The notes under the pieces were generated by a model. The model did not search any database, had not been told where the DNA came from, and saw only the letters and a program-made list of their open reading frames with translations. Made by a program: the position numbers and the translations under genes. From Ruditapes philippinarum (Eukaryota), in the NCBI RefSeq assembly GCF_026571515.1, contig NW_026855612.1, positions 310,001-374,000 on the forward strand: DNA of 64,000 nt, given 5' to 3'. Shown piece after piece: positions 1-12,234 of the stretch. The stretch's first letter is position 1; each line of letters opens with the position of its first letter.

Positions 1-757
1 GAAAACAGTTTCCGGTGGATAACTTAAGTTCCATTTGGCCCACAGTGTTCAAACTTCATAGGGTGATTGTCCATATTGGGTAGAAGACCCCTATTGATTT
101 TGGGGTCACAAGTTCAAAGGACAAGGTCACTATTACCTTAAAACTGAAAACAGTTTCCGGAGCATAACTTAAGTTCCATTTGGCCCACAGTGTTCAAACT
201 TCATAGGATGATTGTCCATATTGGGTTGAAGACCCCTATTGATTTTGAGGTCACAAGGTCAAAGTTCAAGGTCACTATTACTTAGAAATTAAAAACAGTT
301 TCTTTAGCATAACTTCAGTTCAATTTGGCCCACAATATTCAAACTTCATAGGATGATTGCCCATATTAGGTAGAAGGCTCCTATTGATTTTGGGGTCACA
401 AGGTCAAAGTCACTATGACCTTAAAACTGAAAACAGTTGTCGGAACATAACTTAAGTTCCATTTGGCCCACTGTATTTAAACATCATAGTATGATTGTCC
501 ATATTGGGTAGAAGACTCCTATTGATTTTGGGGTCACAAGGTCAAAGGTCAAGGTCACTATTACCTTAGAACTGAAACCAGTTTCCGGGGCATAACTTAA
601 GTTCCATTTGGACCACAATATTGAAACTTCAAAGGAGGATTGTTTTGTGAAGGAGGTAATACTTTATTTAATTCCCATGTCTTACAAATGCTTCATCTTT
701 ACTAAAAAAAAAATCACTTTCGGGCATATAATGCTCCGCCTAGCGGTGCTCTTGTTT
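1..757 (+). mobile_element. 3' part of a non-autonomous helentron-like (HINE-type) element with an internal ~140-bp tandem satellite
   Basis: About 4.5 tandem units (CATAACTTAAGTTCCATTTGGCCCAC...GACCCCTATTGATTTTGGGGTCACAAGGTCAAAGGTCAAGGTCAC) are followed by a 3' end CGGGCATATAATGCTCCGCCTAGCGGTGCTCTTGTTT. Same layout as 8711-10113 and 50695-52096. Confidence 0.7.
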
Positions 758-1061
758 AAGTATTTGCCAAGTTACAATTTAGCACAAATATATCTGTTGA
801 GGTAGAAGGTCAATGGTGACACTTCTTGCACAAATTCCAGCCCTTTCAGCTACACTGTAGTGCATTATGCTTGTTACAGGGTGGTTGGTTTAGATTTAAT
901 AAAAGATGATCAGAAGTCAAAAGTACTGAAAAATCATTTTTATTTGTTGGGAACTAATTTTTATGGATAGGTCAACCCACAAATGATCTAACAAAATTTC
1001 ATTTTGTCTGCTTTAAGGTTATTTTGCATCCAATTATTTATATTTTACCTATTGGGTACCC

Positions 1062-1557
1062 ACGAAAATGTTCTTTGTGACATAAGCACAAAATTTCATG
1101 CTCACGAAATTATGTGATTGACAGTAGTTGTGTCAAGGAAAACAACAACAAATAAAAACGACACAAAAGGAAGGAAGCTTTACTCAACATGAGCCACACC
1201 ATGATAAAACCAATATAATGCGTTTGCGACCAGCATGTATCCAGACCAGCCTGCACATCCGCGCAGTCTGATCAGGATCCATGCTGTTCGCTTACAAACC
1301 CTATAACAAGTAAAGAAACTGGAAGCGAACATCATGGTACCTGATCAGACTGTGCAGATGTGCAGGCTGGTCTGGATACATGCTGGTCGCAAACGCATTA
1401 TATTGGTTTTATCATGGTGTGGCTCATGTTGAGTAAAGCTTCCTTCCTTTTGTGTCGTTTTTATTTGTTGTTGTTTTCCTTGACACAACTACTGTCAATC
1501 ACATAATTTCGTGAGCATGAAATTTCGTGCTTATAACGTCACAAAGAACATTTTCGT
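1062..1557. repeat. ~500-bp near-perfect inverted repeat (MITE plus inverted copy of its left flank)
   Basis: 1062-1188 is the reverse complement of 1428-1557 with few mismatches. Confidence 0.9.
1189..1427. mobile_element. ~237-bp palindromic MITE, copy 1 of 4
   Basis: Long terminal inverted arms TGAGCC...GGCTCA; related to the copies at 41675, 47591 and 54156. Confidence 0.85.
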
Positions 1558-1602
1558 TGTCATGTTGTCACGTCGTGGCTCATATATATATTTTTTTTAT
1601 AG

Positions 1603-1841
1603 CTTTGCACAGTGCTAGAAGTAGAATGAGTAGGTCCAGTAACATTACTCCCTTGACACCTCAGACGGAGGCAGCTCGGATCCTTGCTCGTATTGGTGAT
1701 GAAGTAAAGGAGCAGTATGGTGCTCGTCTAGCAGCTGCCGTCAACCAGCTGACCTACGAGCAAATCAACAATTTGTCATACTCACAGTTCAGGGATATAG
1801 CTCAGTCTGTGGTGACAGCAGAGGTTCCTGGCTGGAGACAG
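1603..1841 (+). CDS. BCL2L13: BCL2L13/Bcl-rambo-like protein, first visible exon (BH3 and start of BH1)
   Basis: Acceptor tttatAG ends at 1602, donor CAG|GTGAGT at 1842. Encodes BH3-like ILARIGDEV and PGWRQ. ATG at 1626, but the frame is open back to the acceptor, so upstream coding exons are possible. Confidence 0.8.
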
Positions 1842-2360
1842 GTGAGTAATCTTAGACCAGACATTATTGTACATGTACTAGTACAATGTATATGTATTTT
1901 ATCATACCACGCATGACTTTGTCTGTTTCAATGAACAATTTGTTATATCACCATGTTAAACATAAATTAGGGAACGTTGATGGTTCTGCTTACATGTAGG
2001 TTCCCATTTGTGCCTGAAATAATGCACAGAAGTGCATTCCCCTAGTAAAGCTGGAAAGTCGCCATATGACCTATACTGTCTAAACCAAAAAAAATTCCTC
2101 TCAGGGTGATGGTACATATATTTAACTCATGAAAATTAATGTCAACCTCGGTTTAAGTCTCATTCATGGTTATGATCCAGTAATAAATAACATGTAGTTG
2201 AGTGTGCTGTATTTTCTGACAGCTTTTATTTAAAAAAAAGGAATAGACAGGATTTTTTAGGTTATAGAATATTGCCGCAGCTACAAATATAATAATGAAA
2301 CCTGAAATTGCAAAAGTGTGGCTTTGAATTCATTGTTATTTAGATATCACTTATTTACAG

Positions 2361-2504
2361 GTAGCTTTATTAATGGTATTTGGTCAGAAGATAATCTGGG
2401 GAGCTGTGCAGCATGGCCAAAGACATTTTGGCAATGTGATTGATTACTGTGCCCAGTTCGTTGCCGAGAATGCTGCAGAATTTATTATAAAACAAGGTGG
2501 ATGG
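2361..2504 (+). CDS. BCL2L13: BCL2L13-like exon (BH1 end and BH2)
   Basis: tttacAG|GTA GCT; VALLMVFGQK...HGQ...AAEFIIKQGGW|GTAAGT. The phase-0 intron after GGW is typical of the Bcl-2 family, and the sequence resembles vertebrate BCL2L13 SAEYIIQQGGW. Confidence 0.88.
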
Positions 2505-3202
2505 GTAAGTCATTATCTTGTTAACGTTACCGTTCAGTTATTTTTCTCATTTTATTGGGAAAAGACCTTAGCCTCTTGTTTTTGGGAAGAAATTTGCTAA
2601 TACTACTGTTTTGCGAAGTAAAAACCCTGGTTTAACTTTGGACTTTTGTGAAAACTGCATGATTTTAAAGAAAATTTCTATTGGAAAGAGGCCCTTTATA
2701 GGCCTCTGTTAAGAGGCTTTTTATAGCCTTTGTTTTATATGGTGAAAAACACTGCATTATGAAGGCAAAAGTGATTAGCAAATCGTAGAGCAAATCCAGC
2801 TCTTACTGGATCTCACCTTGATACCCCAGAATTGATAATGGACGGTACTGGGACAAGTCCATTTAACAAAGTCAGTAAGTTATTGGTTAATATACCAGTA
2901 TGAATTGTCAAGATGTAAATCATCAATAGTTTTTAAGCTTAATTCTGAGAAATTAGACTTGTGCCCTACTGTATGGTTGTTATTCAGCCAGGCAACCTGG
3001 GTTTGATTCCTGGGCAGTACAGGTCACTTGCATTGTGATTGATCATAAAACTCTTATTACGGTCATTTCCACTGTACCTCTGATCTGGCATGTATGGAGG
3101 TTATGAGCTCCTTGCGAAAGTGAAAGCAACTAGTAATGGTTAACTGCTTGACAGCCTGCCCAGGTATGATGCAGTGAATTCAAAGTGGCTTACACCTGTA
3201 CT

Positions 3203-3323
3203 ACCTACACAACCACCACTTGTGCTTGCAATGTTAGCTTGATGTTAATTTGATTCCTAGCCACCTACACAACCACCACTTGTGCTTGCAATGTTAGCTT
3301 GATGTTAATTTGATTCCTAGCCA
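3203..3323. repeat. Perfect 60-bp tandem duplication
   Basis: ACCTACACAACCACCACTTGTGCTTGCAATGTTAGCTTGATGTTAATTTGATTCCTAGCC occurs twice, head to tail. Confidence 0.9.
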
Positions 3324-3734
3324 TGTAGACTTGATATATAATTTGTGATTATAGGCAGTCTTTTGTTGATAAGGTCATCATTTAAAGGCACATCATTCTG
3401 GCCTTTTCTCCTGTACCAAGGTAAATTTTAAAAAGAATTGTGTGTCTAAAATGATTGATATGATAGATGTTGTGTCACACATTTTACTGGAAATGCTTTT
3501 CTTCAGCACTTATCTCCTAAGCATAAGAACAAAAAAATTCTTTTTATCTGTTATCCCTTTAAACTTTACAAATGACATTGATCTGTTAATTTAGATGGCA
3601 AATGGTGAATTTGACAGATCATATGCTGTTAATTGTGATACAATCTGTCGTACTTGGTTGTAATTTTAGATATTTCAATGTCCTGGAAGAATTTTTTTAC
3701 CTGGGTATCCAACCCATTGTCTTTTATATTGTAG

Positions 3735-3900
3735 AGCTCAGTGATGAACTTTGACCCCAGTTCTGATGCACAGAGTTCAGCAGAGTTTGACACTTCACCA
3801 GAGATGGTGGTAGATTACTTCACAAGTCATGATGTCACTCAAGTAGAAAGTGAGAAGTGCATACATGATGAGTCTGAAGGTACAAACAATATATCACCAG
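3735..3900 (+). CDS. BCL2L13: BCL2L13-like exon (start of acidic region)
   Basis: attgtAG|AGC TCA GTG ATG, in frame after GGW. Donor CCAG|GTATAA is phase 1; an alternative phase-1 donor follows 3879. Confidence 0.75.
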
Positions 3901-4203
3901 GTATAACCTGTAAACTGCTACATTTTAATGATAGATTTACCCTGTTTTAAATTTTAGAACAGTCCATTTGAAGTTTAAGGGATTTCAATATCAAAATACA
4001 CACAGCATGGAGTCCACACGGGGAGTTAAGACTAACAAATTTCAGTTCCAGTAGGTTAAGAGATAATATTAGTTTAAAACAAAGTGAAAAATAAAGAAAG
4101 CACTAAATAGGCTTTTGATTATGCCAAGTGTGCTTGCATTTTCAACTCTAACTGTCTAGAGATTAGTGTCTTCCATGACAAACTGGATAAAATCTCTTAC
4201 TTC

Positions 4204-4650
4204 GCATCACTTGCCCCTCACTACTGTAGGTTTGATTCCCCATAGGAACTGAACAATGCACTATTTCATGGGAAGTTTCTTTAAACAGTTGTTTCATATG
4301 AGGGATGCTCTATCCAGTTATTTCATGGGAGGTATGCTCTTGAGAGAGATGCTCTATCCAGCTATTTCATGGGAGGGATGCTCTATCCAGTAATTTCATG
4401 GGAGGTGTGCTCTATCTAGTTATTTCATAGGAGTGATGCTCTATCCAGTAATTTCATGGGAGGGATGCTCTATCCAGTTATTTTATGGATGGGATGCTCT
4501 ATTCAGTAATTTCATGGAAGGGATGGTCTATCCAGTTATTACATGGGAGGGATGCTCTATCCAGTAATTTCATGGGAAGAATGCTTTATCCAGTTATTTT
4601 TTTGAGATGATGCAGTATGCTCTACAGAAGACCAGTGGTTCTACTCTGAT
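4204..4650 (+). mobile_element. Degenerate SINE copy containing a ~30-bp minisatellite (about 4261-4600)
   Basis: The flanks match the SINE at 10897 (CACTTGCCCCTCAC..., CAGTGGTTCTACTC). About 10 units of CTCTATCCAGTWATTTCATGGGAGGGATG. Confidence 0.8.
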
Positions 4651-4966
4651 TCCAGTAATGCTGGACTATAATATTTCCTTTTCAATGAGACTAACAAGCA
4701 AACAAAAAAGATGAATAACCATTATTATCTTGCTCAGGCTTCCCTTTGTTATTCCAGAGAAAGGAATTTAATATCAAAATTAAAAACAAAAGCAGCCAAC
4801 AGTTCTGTTTAATCACACTACATGAATATATAAGCAGACTGGGCTGGTTCTATACTGGTGACAAAGGCCAGTTATCATTGACAACTAGAATTCAAAGAAT
4901 ATACATGTATTAAGGTTTAATATTAGTCCAGACTATTTGACATAGATGATGTTTCTTTTGAACCAG

Positions 4967-6231
4967 GTTTTAAAGAAGACAAAAGTGAAAATACAGAGCA
5001 AATACTGAATGATGATCCAAATTTGAGTCCCAGTCACAGACTTACTGTTTCAAATGTAGTCAAACCTAGATATGCTTCTAGTGTTGGTTTTGAGTACACA
5101 GATGTTATAGAAGACATGGCAGGGGAAGAGATTGGTTCTGATTCTGAAACAGATGTTAATTTGGCATTTGTTCAAAAAGATGAAGTTGAGGCAAATGTTG
5201 AAGATACTTTGCATGATGACGTAGAAGAAAATGGTGATGAAGCAGTTAAATCTAAAGACCAGCTGAAGGATGATTCAGAAAAATGCCATGATAGAGATAG
5301 TGTTAAAGGGACCAATATACTGGAAAAGCAGAGAAAAGAAGACATTCCAGGGGAGACTGTAGATGGGAGAATATGTAGTGATAAATATGAAACAACAAAT
5401 GATCTCAATTCCAAAAATGTGATAGATTATGCAAAAGCTGATAGTTATGACAAGGAGTCTGTTTACGTTAGACAGGCTACTCCTAGTTTATTTGATAGTG
5501 CTGTTGACAGTCTGAATGAAGTCAAAGATGTAAATGGCAATACATCTGATAAAAGAACAGAAAGTGGTCTCAGCATTAAAGTAATGAGTAATGACAAACA
5601 TGGAATAGTTAGTGAAAGAAATGATATTGTTGGTGAGACAGGTGTTACTGAAGATGACATTGAGATTGCTGAGGATAAATCAAATGGTATTTTATATTTG
5701 AAAATTAACTCAGATGATAGCGAATCTCTTAATAATAATGCTTCAAAATATTTACCAGCAAGTGACCAGTTCAATAAAAGCCAAAATACTGAAAGAATAA
5801 AAGACACAATAAATAGAGTGGCAGGTACAAATGCTCAAATAGACTTGGAAGGTGGTACAGAACAATTAATAAATGATGATGAGCTTAGAAACATTGGTGA
5901 ATCAAATAAAAATAACAATCGACAAACAAGTGAGGAGGATGTCTTCATTGAAGTCATTGATCCTCATAGCTATCAAGATTTCCAATACGAGAGTGATGGT
6001 GAGTCGACAGAAAATGAAAGTGTTGAAAAGGAAGTAGTTGAAGATAATGAGGGTTTGGATATTGAGGAAATTGATGATGTATGTAAAGACACACAGGGTT
6101 CTGAAAGGGAGACTATCCAAGAATCTCATATGTCAGAGAATCTGAAGAGAATAGGTTTCAGAGTCGCTGCCCTTGCTTTTGCATTGTTAGCAGTTGGGAT
6201 AAGTGTGAGGTTTTCAACACTTAATAGGTAG
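4967..6231 (+). CDS. BCL2L13: BCL2L13-like last exon: long D/E-rich disordered region and C-terminal TM anchor
   Basis: aaccAG|GT phase 1 joins the 402-aa ORF. It ends RIGFRVAALAFALLAVGISVRFSTLNR*, a tail anchor flanked by basic residues. About 596 aa in total from Met 1626. Confidence 0.85.
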
Positions 6232-7038
6232 TATATCTCAAACAATGATACTATTATTGGGACTTGATTTGGTGCAAAGGATCATCAGGGGACACATGCA
6301 ATTGGATCTTATTTTTGGAGACGCACATATTTAGTATAGAGTAATTCAAGATATTTTGTTTAATGCGAAATTTCTTCTTATAAACATAAATATTATAAAG
6401 TAATTAAGTATGTTGTAATGTAAGTAAATTAATTACTAAACAATAAGTGCTCAAGACAGTTGTTGCAGTTCAGTAACAATGATAATAATTTTTTTTTTAT
6501 ATATTTAATCAGAATTTTTCAGGAAATATTAATTTTCGTACTTTATTGAAATACAAATACTATGTACAAGAAAGTGCTAAACAATTATTCAAATATTTTC
6601 TGATACTTTTTACACTGACTTCATTTGTCTATATTTTTATGAAATGAAAAAAAAAAACATGAAATAATTAAAGGGACTTTATTGTTTTTTGTTGTTTTTT
6701 TTTGACAAAACCAGACTGGAAATATTTTGTTAGAATGGTGTACTATTTTATGTAGATATGGACCAATAAGTTACATGTATATGTACTTTTTATACTCATT
6801 CTGTTTTATTCAGAATAATTTTTTTTTATTGTACAAAATGATAAAAAAAAATTGAAAACCATTTTAAATACTTTTAACTTAAAACAGACTAAGAATCACA
6901 TTGAATCACATTAAAAATTTGGTAATTTATCTAATTCTAAGTGTATTTCTTTTGCATATTTTATTGTTTTGCTGCAATTGATCTATGCAAAAATTTCTAA
7001 GTTTTTAAGGTATTAGACCTTTGTGAAGTTCCTTTTAT

Positions 7039-7233
7039 ATATAGTAAACTCCACTTATACTGAAATTCAGTTGACGGCCAAATTTATATCATTATATCCG
7101 AATATCATTAAATATCATTATATCCGAGAGGCAACCAATTTGAAAACAGCTTCAGGACACGGCTGACAGCATCGTTATAAGAGAGATATCGGTACTGTAT
7201 TTATGCGATATCTTTATAAGTGGATTTTACTGT
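7039..7233. mobile_element. Short MITE-like element
   Basis: Imperfect TIRs ATAGTAAACTCCACTTATA / TATAAGTGGATTTTACTGT. Confidence 0.55.
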
Positions 7234-8710
7234 GTGTATGTACTAAATTCCACGAAATTTTTGGTAAATAAAAATGTTCTTTTATAATAAATTGTGCATA
7301 TACGGTCCCCTAGAATTTTGTGATACAGTTCATATATCAAAGTACAAATGTATTAAGGAATAGAGTGAAGCACTTAGAAAGATTTTTATAAGATTTGGAA
7401 GTAATGTTTTAGTACATAAGTGCCATATACATTTACTTTTAATTATAAGTTTTATTACTTGCTCAATAGTTTATCTAGTGAAAGATTTTTTTGAGATCAT
7501 TTTTGTTACTGGTGAAAAATATATATTAAGTGATAATTCACATTTGACATTTCACAGTGGATAGGTGGCTTGTATTAACAACTATTGTTCATTAAATGAC
7601 TCAGTCAAAGTGAACCTGCATGATTTTGAGGCTTCCTCTATTTACACACTGTTGAGTTTGTTGTTGCTTATCTTTTAGACACTTTTCAGGCAATAACTGA
7701 TTAAAGATTTTGTTTGGGAAAAAAAAGTTCTATTTCAAGTCTCCATGTATACTCTCTTTAGACTGCCAACCTAGATTCTTTACTGATTCACCTTCCAGCT
7801 TTTTTCAAGTCTTTTCTTAACAATAGATTGAATAATTAAATACACTAATTTTTGTTCGCCATAGCTTTTGGTTTTTTGGCCTACTTCAGCAGCAATTATT
7901 ACAAAATACAAATAGTTACATACAAAATAAAGAAAGTGACTTAATGTCACTGAACAAGGTCATGGGAGATGCTGTTTGCCATCTCCGACTTCATTCCCGA
8001 GTGTTGACCTAGTTTTGTCAAATTCTGCTTGCCGTCTGTCATTTTATTCTTTTGTGTTGACCAAGTAATGTCAAATTCTGCTTGCTGTCTGCCACTTTAT
8101 TCCTTAGTGTTGTTAATATGTTATCACTTTTACACAGATTTTCGACTGTCTTTATGTCAAGGTCAGTCCTGTGTAGTTTTTACAATTATTTATTCATATG
8201 AAAAAATGAAGACATTCCAAACGAACTGACTAATGAGGGTCAGGGACAAGAAACAGTTTTCTTAGGCCTTACGCCTTGAAACCTTTACTTTATGCAGAAT
8301 ATTTTTGATAGGTCAAATTGATCTTTGTTATAGTGATAATTTTATGCAGATTTTATGTTGTTTCGTTTGTTTTATTCTCACATTTTATTGAACAAAGTGT
8401 TGTATTTTTTTTACGAAAAGTTAAACTTTAAGTTAGTGATATGATTTGAGATTTCCCATGTATAAAGTTAGAACAAAAACTAATAGTTTTGTCATTTTAA
8501 TATTAATCAGTGTATTACTGGTATGTTAACAAGTTTAATTATTTACTCACCATGTTGTTAATGTTATTAATTTATACATATATCTTTTGAGGTAAGTGAT
8601 CAAAATTAAAAAAATTTTTTTTATTGATAATCAGAACACTTATCCATCACAATGTTTTATTAACCAGTCTTAAAATTTCATATCTAGCAATTACATGTAG
8701 TTGGATTTTA

Positions 8711-10113
8711 TTATGCTCCCCGAAAAATTTCGGGGGAGCATATAGTCGGCGCCTTGTCCGTCTGTCCGCACTCACAGGACAGTAATTATGTGGCTAGAGG
8801 AACAATAGGTAACTGTTCTTTCTCTTTGATGTCATTCATTCCGTAATGCTTTTATGTGGCTATTTTCTTTTGTGTGGCTAAAAAGAACAAAATAGAGAAC
8901 AATAAAGTAGCCACATAATTACTGTCCTGTGAGAACGTCCGTCCGTCTGTCCGTCCGCACTCACAGGAGAGTAATTATGTGGCTAGAGGGACAATAGGTT
9001 CTCTTTGATGTCATTCATTCCGTAATGCTTATATGTGGCTATTTTCTTTTGCGTGGCTAAAAAGAACAATAGAGAGAACAATAGAGTAGCCACATAATTA
9101 CTGTCCTGTGAGAACGTCCGTCCGTCTGTCCGTCCGTTGTCTTGTCCGGAGCATAACTTGAAAACCCTTGGAGATAATTTGTTGAAACTTCATACAATGG
9201 TAGAGGGCATTGAGGGGAGTGCAGTGTCAAAGAACCATAACTCTATTTTGCCCGGTTTTTGAATTATCTCCCCTTATAGAAAAATCTTGTCCGGGGCATA
9301 ACTCTAAAACTATAAGAGATATCAACATGAAACTTTGTAGGTGAATAGATCTCAATGGGTAGATGTGCAGTGCATAAGAAAAATAACTCTTTTTGTCCTA
9401 ATATTGGAGTTATTGCCCTTTGTTAATTTTAACACTTTGAACTTTGTCCGGAACATAACTCTAAAACTATAAGAGATATCAAGATGAAACATTGTAGGTG
9501 AATAGATCTCAAAGGGTAGATGTGCAGTGCATAAGAAAAATAACTCTTTTTGTCCTAATATTGGAGTTATTGCCCTTTGTTAATTTTAACACTTTGAACT
9601 TTGTCCGGAACATAACTCTAAAACTATAAGAGATATCAAGATGAAACATTGTAGGTAGATAGATATCATTGAGTAGAGGTGCAGTGCAAAGGAACCATAA
9701 CTCTGTTAAGCCTTATTTTTGAATTATCTCCCCTTTTAGAAAAATCTTGTCCAGGACATAGCTGTAAATCTATAAGAGATATCAACATGAAACTTAGATA
9801 CATCTCAATGGGTAGATGTGCAGTGCACAAGAATCATAACTCTGCCGTGCCTAATTCTGGAGTTATTGCCCTTTGTTTATTTTTACTTTTTGAAGTTGTC
9901 TGGGACATAACTCGGAAATCATAAGAGATATCATCAAGAAACTTTGTAGGTTGATAGATCACATTGATTAGAAGTGCAGTGCAAAGAACAGTAACTCTGC
10001 CTTGCCTAATTTTGGAATTATTGCACTTTGAACTCTGAAACTACTAGAGGTGTACTTTCCTGTGTCCAAAACCTATTCGGGGAGCATCACCGGGCTCAAA
10101 CCGGGCTCTTGTT
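8711..10113 (+). mobile_element. Complete HINE-type (helentron-associated) non-autonomous element
   Basis: 5' hairpin ATGCTCCCCGAA/TTCGGGGGAGCAT, (GTCC/GTCT)n microsatellite, ~140-160-bp internal tandem repeats (9140-10030), subterminal inverted copy TTCGGGGAGCAT, 3' end CTCTTGTTT in a T-rich site. Confidence 0.8.
8771..9112. mobile_element. Two tandem copies of a ~160-bp TIR element nested in the HINE microsatellite
   Basis: CTCACAGGASAGTAATTATGTGGCTA ... TAGCCACATAATTACTGTCCTGTGAG at 8771-8933 and 8960-9112. Confidence 0.8.
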
Positions 10114-10896
10114 TACTAAGTTTTGGTATTTTTGATAAAGATTTTAACAATATAATCAGATACCTATATACTGTATTTAACTAATCTAGTCTTTTGTTCT
10201 AATACTGTGTACACTCATTTATAATTAAAGGCCCATTATGCCTGAGGTTGCTGCCATTTTTATTTCACAAAAACCTATAAATTTTTGGTACTTTGTTACA
10301 ATTTCCAAAAAAATACTCATTTTGCCATATACATGTTCTATCTTTGCAGCTTTTGCTTTGTTAGCAGTGCATATACATGTACATATAATTATAGTGTTTT
10401 GCTTTGTTGGCAATTTGTATTTTGTATGGAAGTGAAAGTACTAGTTTGTTTTCAATTTGCTACCTTAGCAACACATACTGCACATTCAGCGCTACTTTCT
10501 TCAGTTGTTACGCATCTAATATGCTCTATATCCATTATTAAAACATTATTCAACACATTTTTGATATTTTTAAGAATTTAATTGATGTCATAATGTGCCT
10601 TTTAACATAAATGGTATAATTTTTGTTATAATCATACACTTTCATCAGTGTATTTTCTCCTTCTTTATGAGAACAGATCTGGTTTGTAATAATCGCAATT
10701 TCTCAGGCCTATTTTACTGTGCATTAAATTCAAACCATGTCTTATTATACTACAATGCTAAACAAAACTATTTTCAGAGTTAGATAATTAGAATGGCTGT
10801 AAATGGGATTCATTTTGTTGAAAAAGAAACTTAATGCATTAAATGTTTTAGCTAGATTTTCACTGTATGCATCAGATCTGAATTCATTTATTAGAT

Positions 10897-11166
10897 GGGC
10901 GTCCGTGGCCGAGTGGTTAAGGTCGTTGACTTAAAACCACTTGCCCCTCACAGCTGTGGGTTTGAATCCCGACAGGGACTTTGGATTCTTTCATGTGAGG
11001 AAGCTATCCAGCTAGCTTACGGAGCGTCAGTGGTTCTACTCAGTACCCGTTCGTGCCTGAAATAATGCACGGAAGGGCACCTGAGGTCTTCCTCCACCAG
11101 TAAAGCTGGAATGTCGCCAAATGACCTATACTGTGTCGGTATGACTTGAAACCCAAACAATCAAAC
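10897..11166 (+). mobile_element. Full-length tRNA-derived SINE (central domain resembles Meta-type bivalve SINEs)
   Basis: A box TGGCCGAGTGG, B box GGTTTGAATCC, central GAGGAAGCTATCCAGCTAGCTTACGG, CAAA-rich tail. Fragments also occur at about 1975-2085, 12345-12435 and 39315-39445. Confidence 0.85.
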
Positions 11167-12234
11167 ATTTATTAGATTCTCATTATATGTATTTGTTTCA
11201 TAAATTTACATCACAAAGTGATATAATAGCTCTATTTTCTAGTGTTCTATACTTTTGATCTCAGATGTGTTTACTAACAATGGTCCAATATAGAGTAGCA
11301 ATTGTTATATTTTTTATTGTTATTACATACATGTATACAGATATACACCTCTAAACCACCACTATCATACATCCCTTTCTCTTAGCCTGCTAGCGGCAAC
11401 TGAATTGCCCGCGTGACCAGTTCAGACCAGTGCAGATAAAGATCAGCTTGCACATCTGTACTGTCTTGATGATCATGGTCTGCACTGGTCCCTTTTCAGT
11501 TAGTATTTACTTTGAAATTTTCCCTATAAATGATAAATGGTTTTGTCCAGAGATGGCCAAGTCCATTTAAGATATTTAGTTCGATAAGATTTAAATCTTA
11601 ATACAAAACTATGCATTGAATCATTCTTTGCACAGAAGCACTTCTTAACACACAGTTTCATACTATGAAGAAATTAATACATTAGGGATTAAATGAATTG
11701 CCAAACATATTTGAAATTGAAAAAGAAAAAGAAAAAAATATGTAAAACAGTGGTAGTTTAGAAGTGTGTATCAGTATTTTTTGTATTTTTATTTACAAAG
11801 TGCCTTCCATGTTTTAACCCTTACCCGTGAATTACCCAAATAGTTTGTTGACTTTACATTTCTTGAACAGTCCATTATATACTTTGGGGATTTCAAGATG
11901 AATATTTAAAAGTTGGTCAGCCAGAAGTATAAAGCCAGTTCAGACTGCATAGATGTGCAGAGTGACCTGGCTCTGTACAGGTTGTAAATACTGATTAACG
12001 TTCCTGTAAGATATTAACCAATACGCAACAGAGCAAAGAATAAACTGGTTTCAATATTGTTGTTGAAAAAAAGGATAACTTCAAAGGTTGTAGTTGTGAA
12101 ATATTGTAATTTGTAACCAGTCTGTAAGATCCAACTCTATAATTAGCTTCCTTTCTAATGAACCTAGTACCGTCCAATTTTATGTAAGCTTCTATTCTTG
12201 TCCCCAGGTTCAATTTTTAAATAACTTTTAAATG

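Noticed and set aside
5172-6129. Minus-strand Ser/Leu-rich ORFs
   Set aside because: Antisense shadows of the acidic BCL2L13-like exon.
10897-10980. tRNA gene candidates here and at 16428, 33398 and 48165
   Set aside because: A and B boxes are present but there is no full cloverleaf; most continue into SINE bodies and tails.
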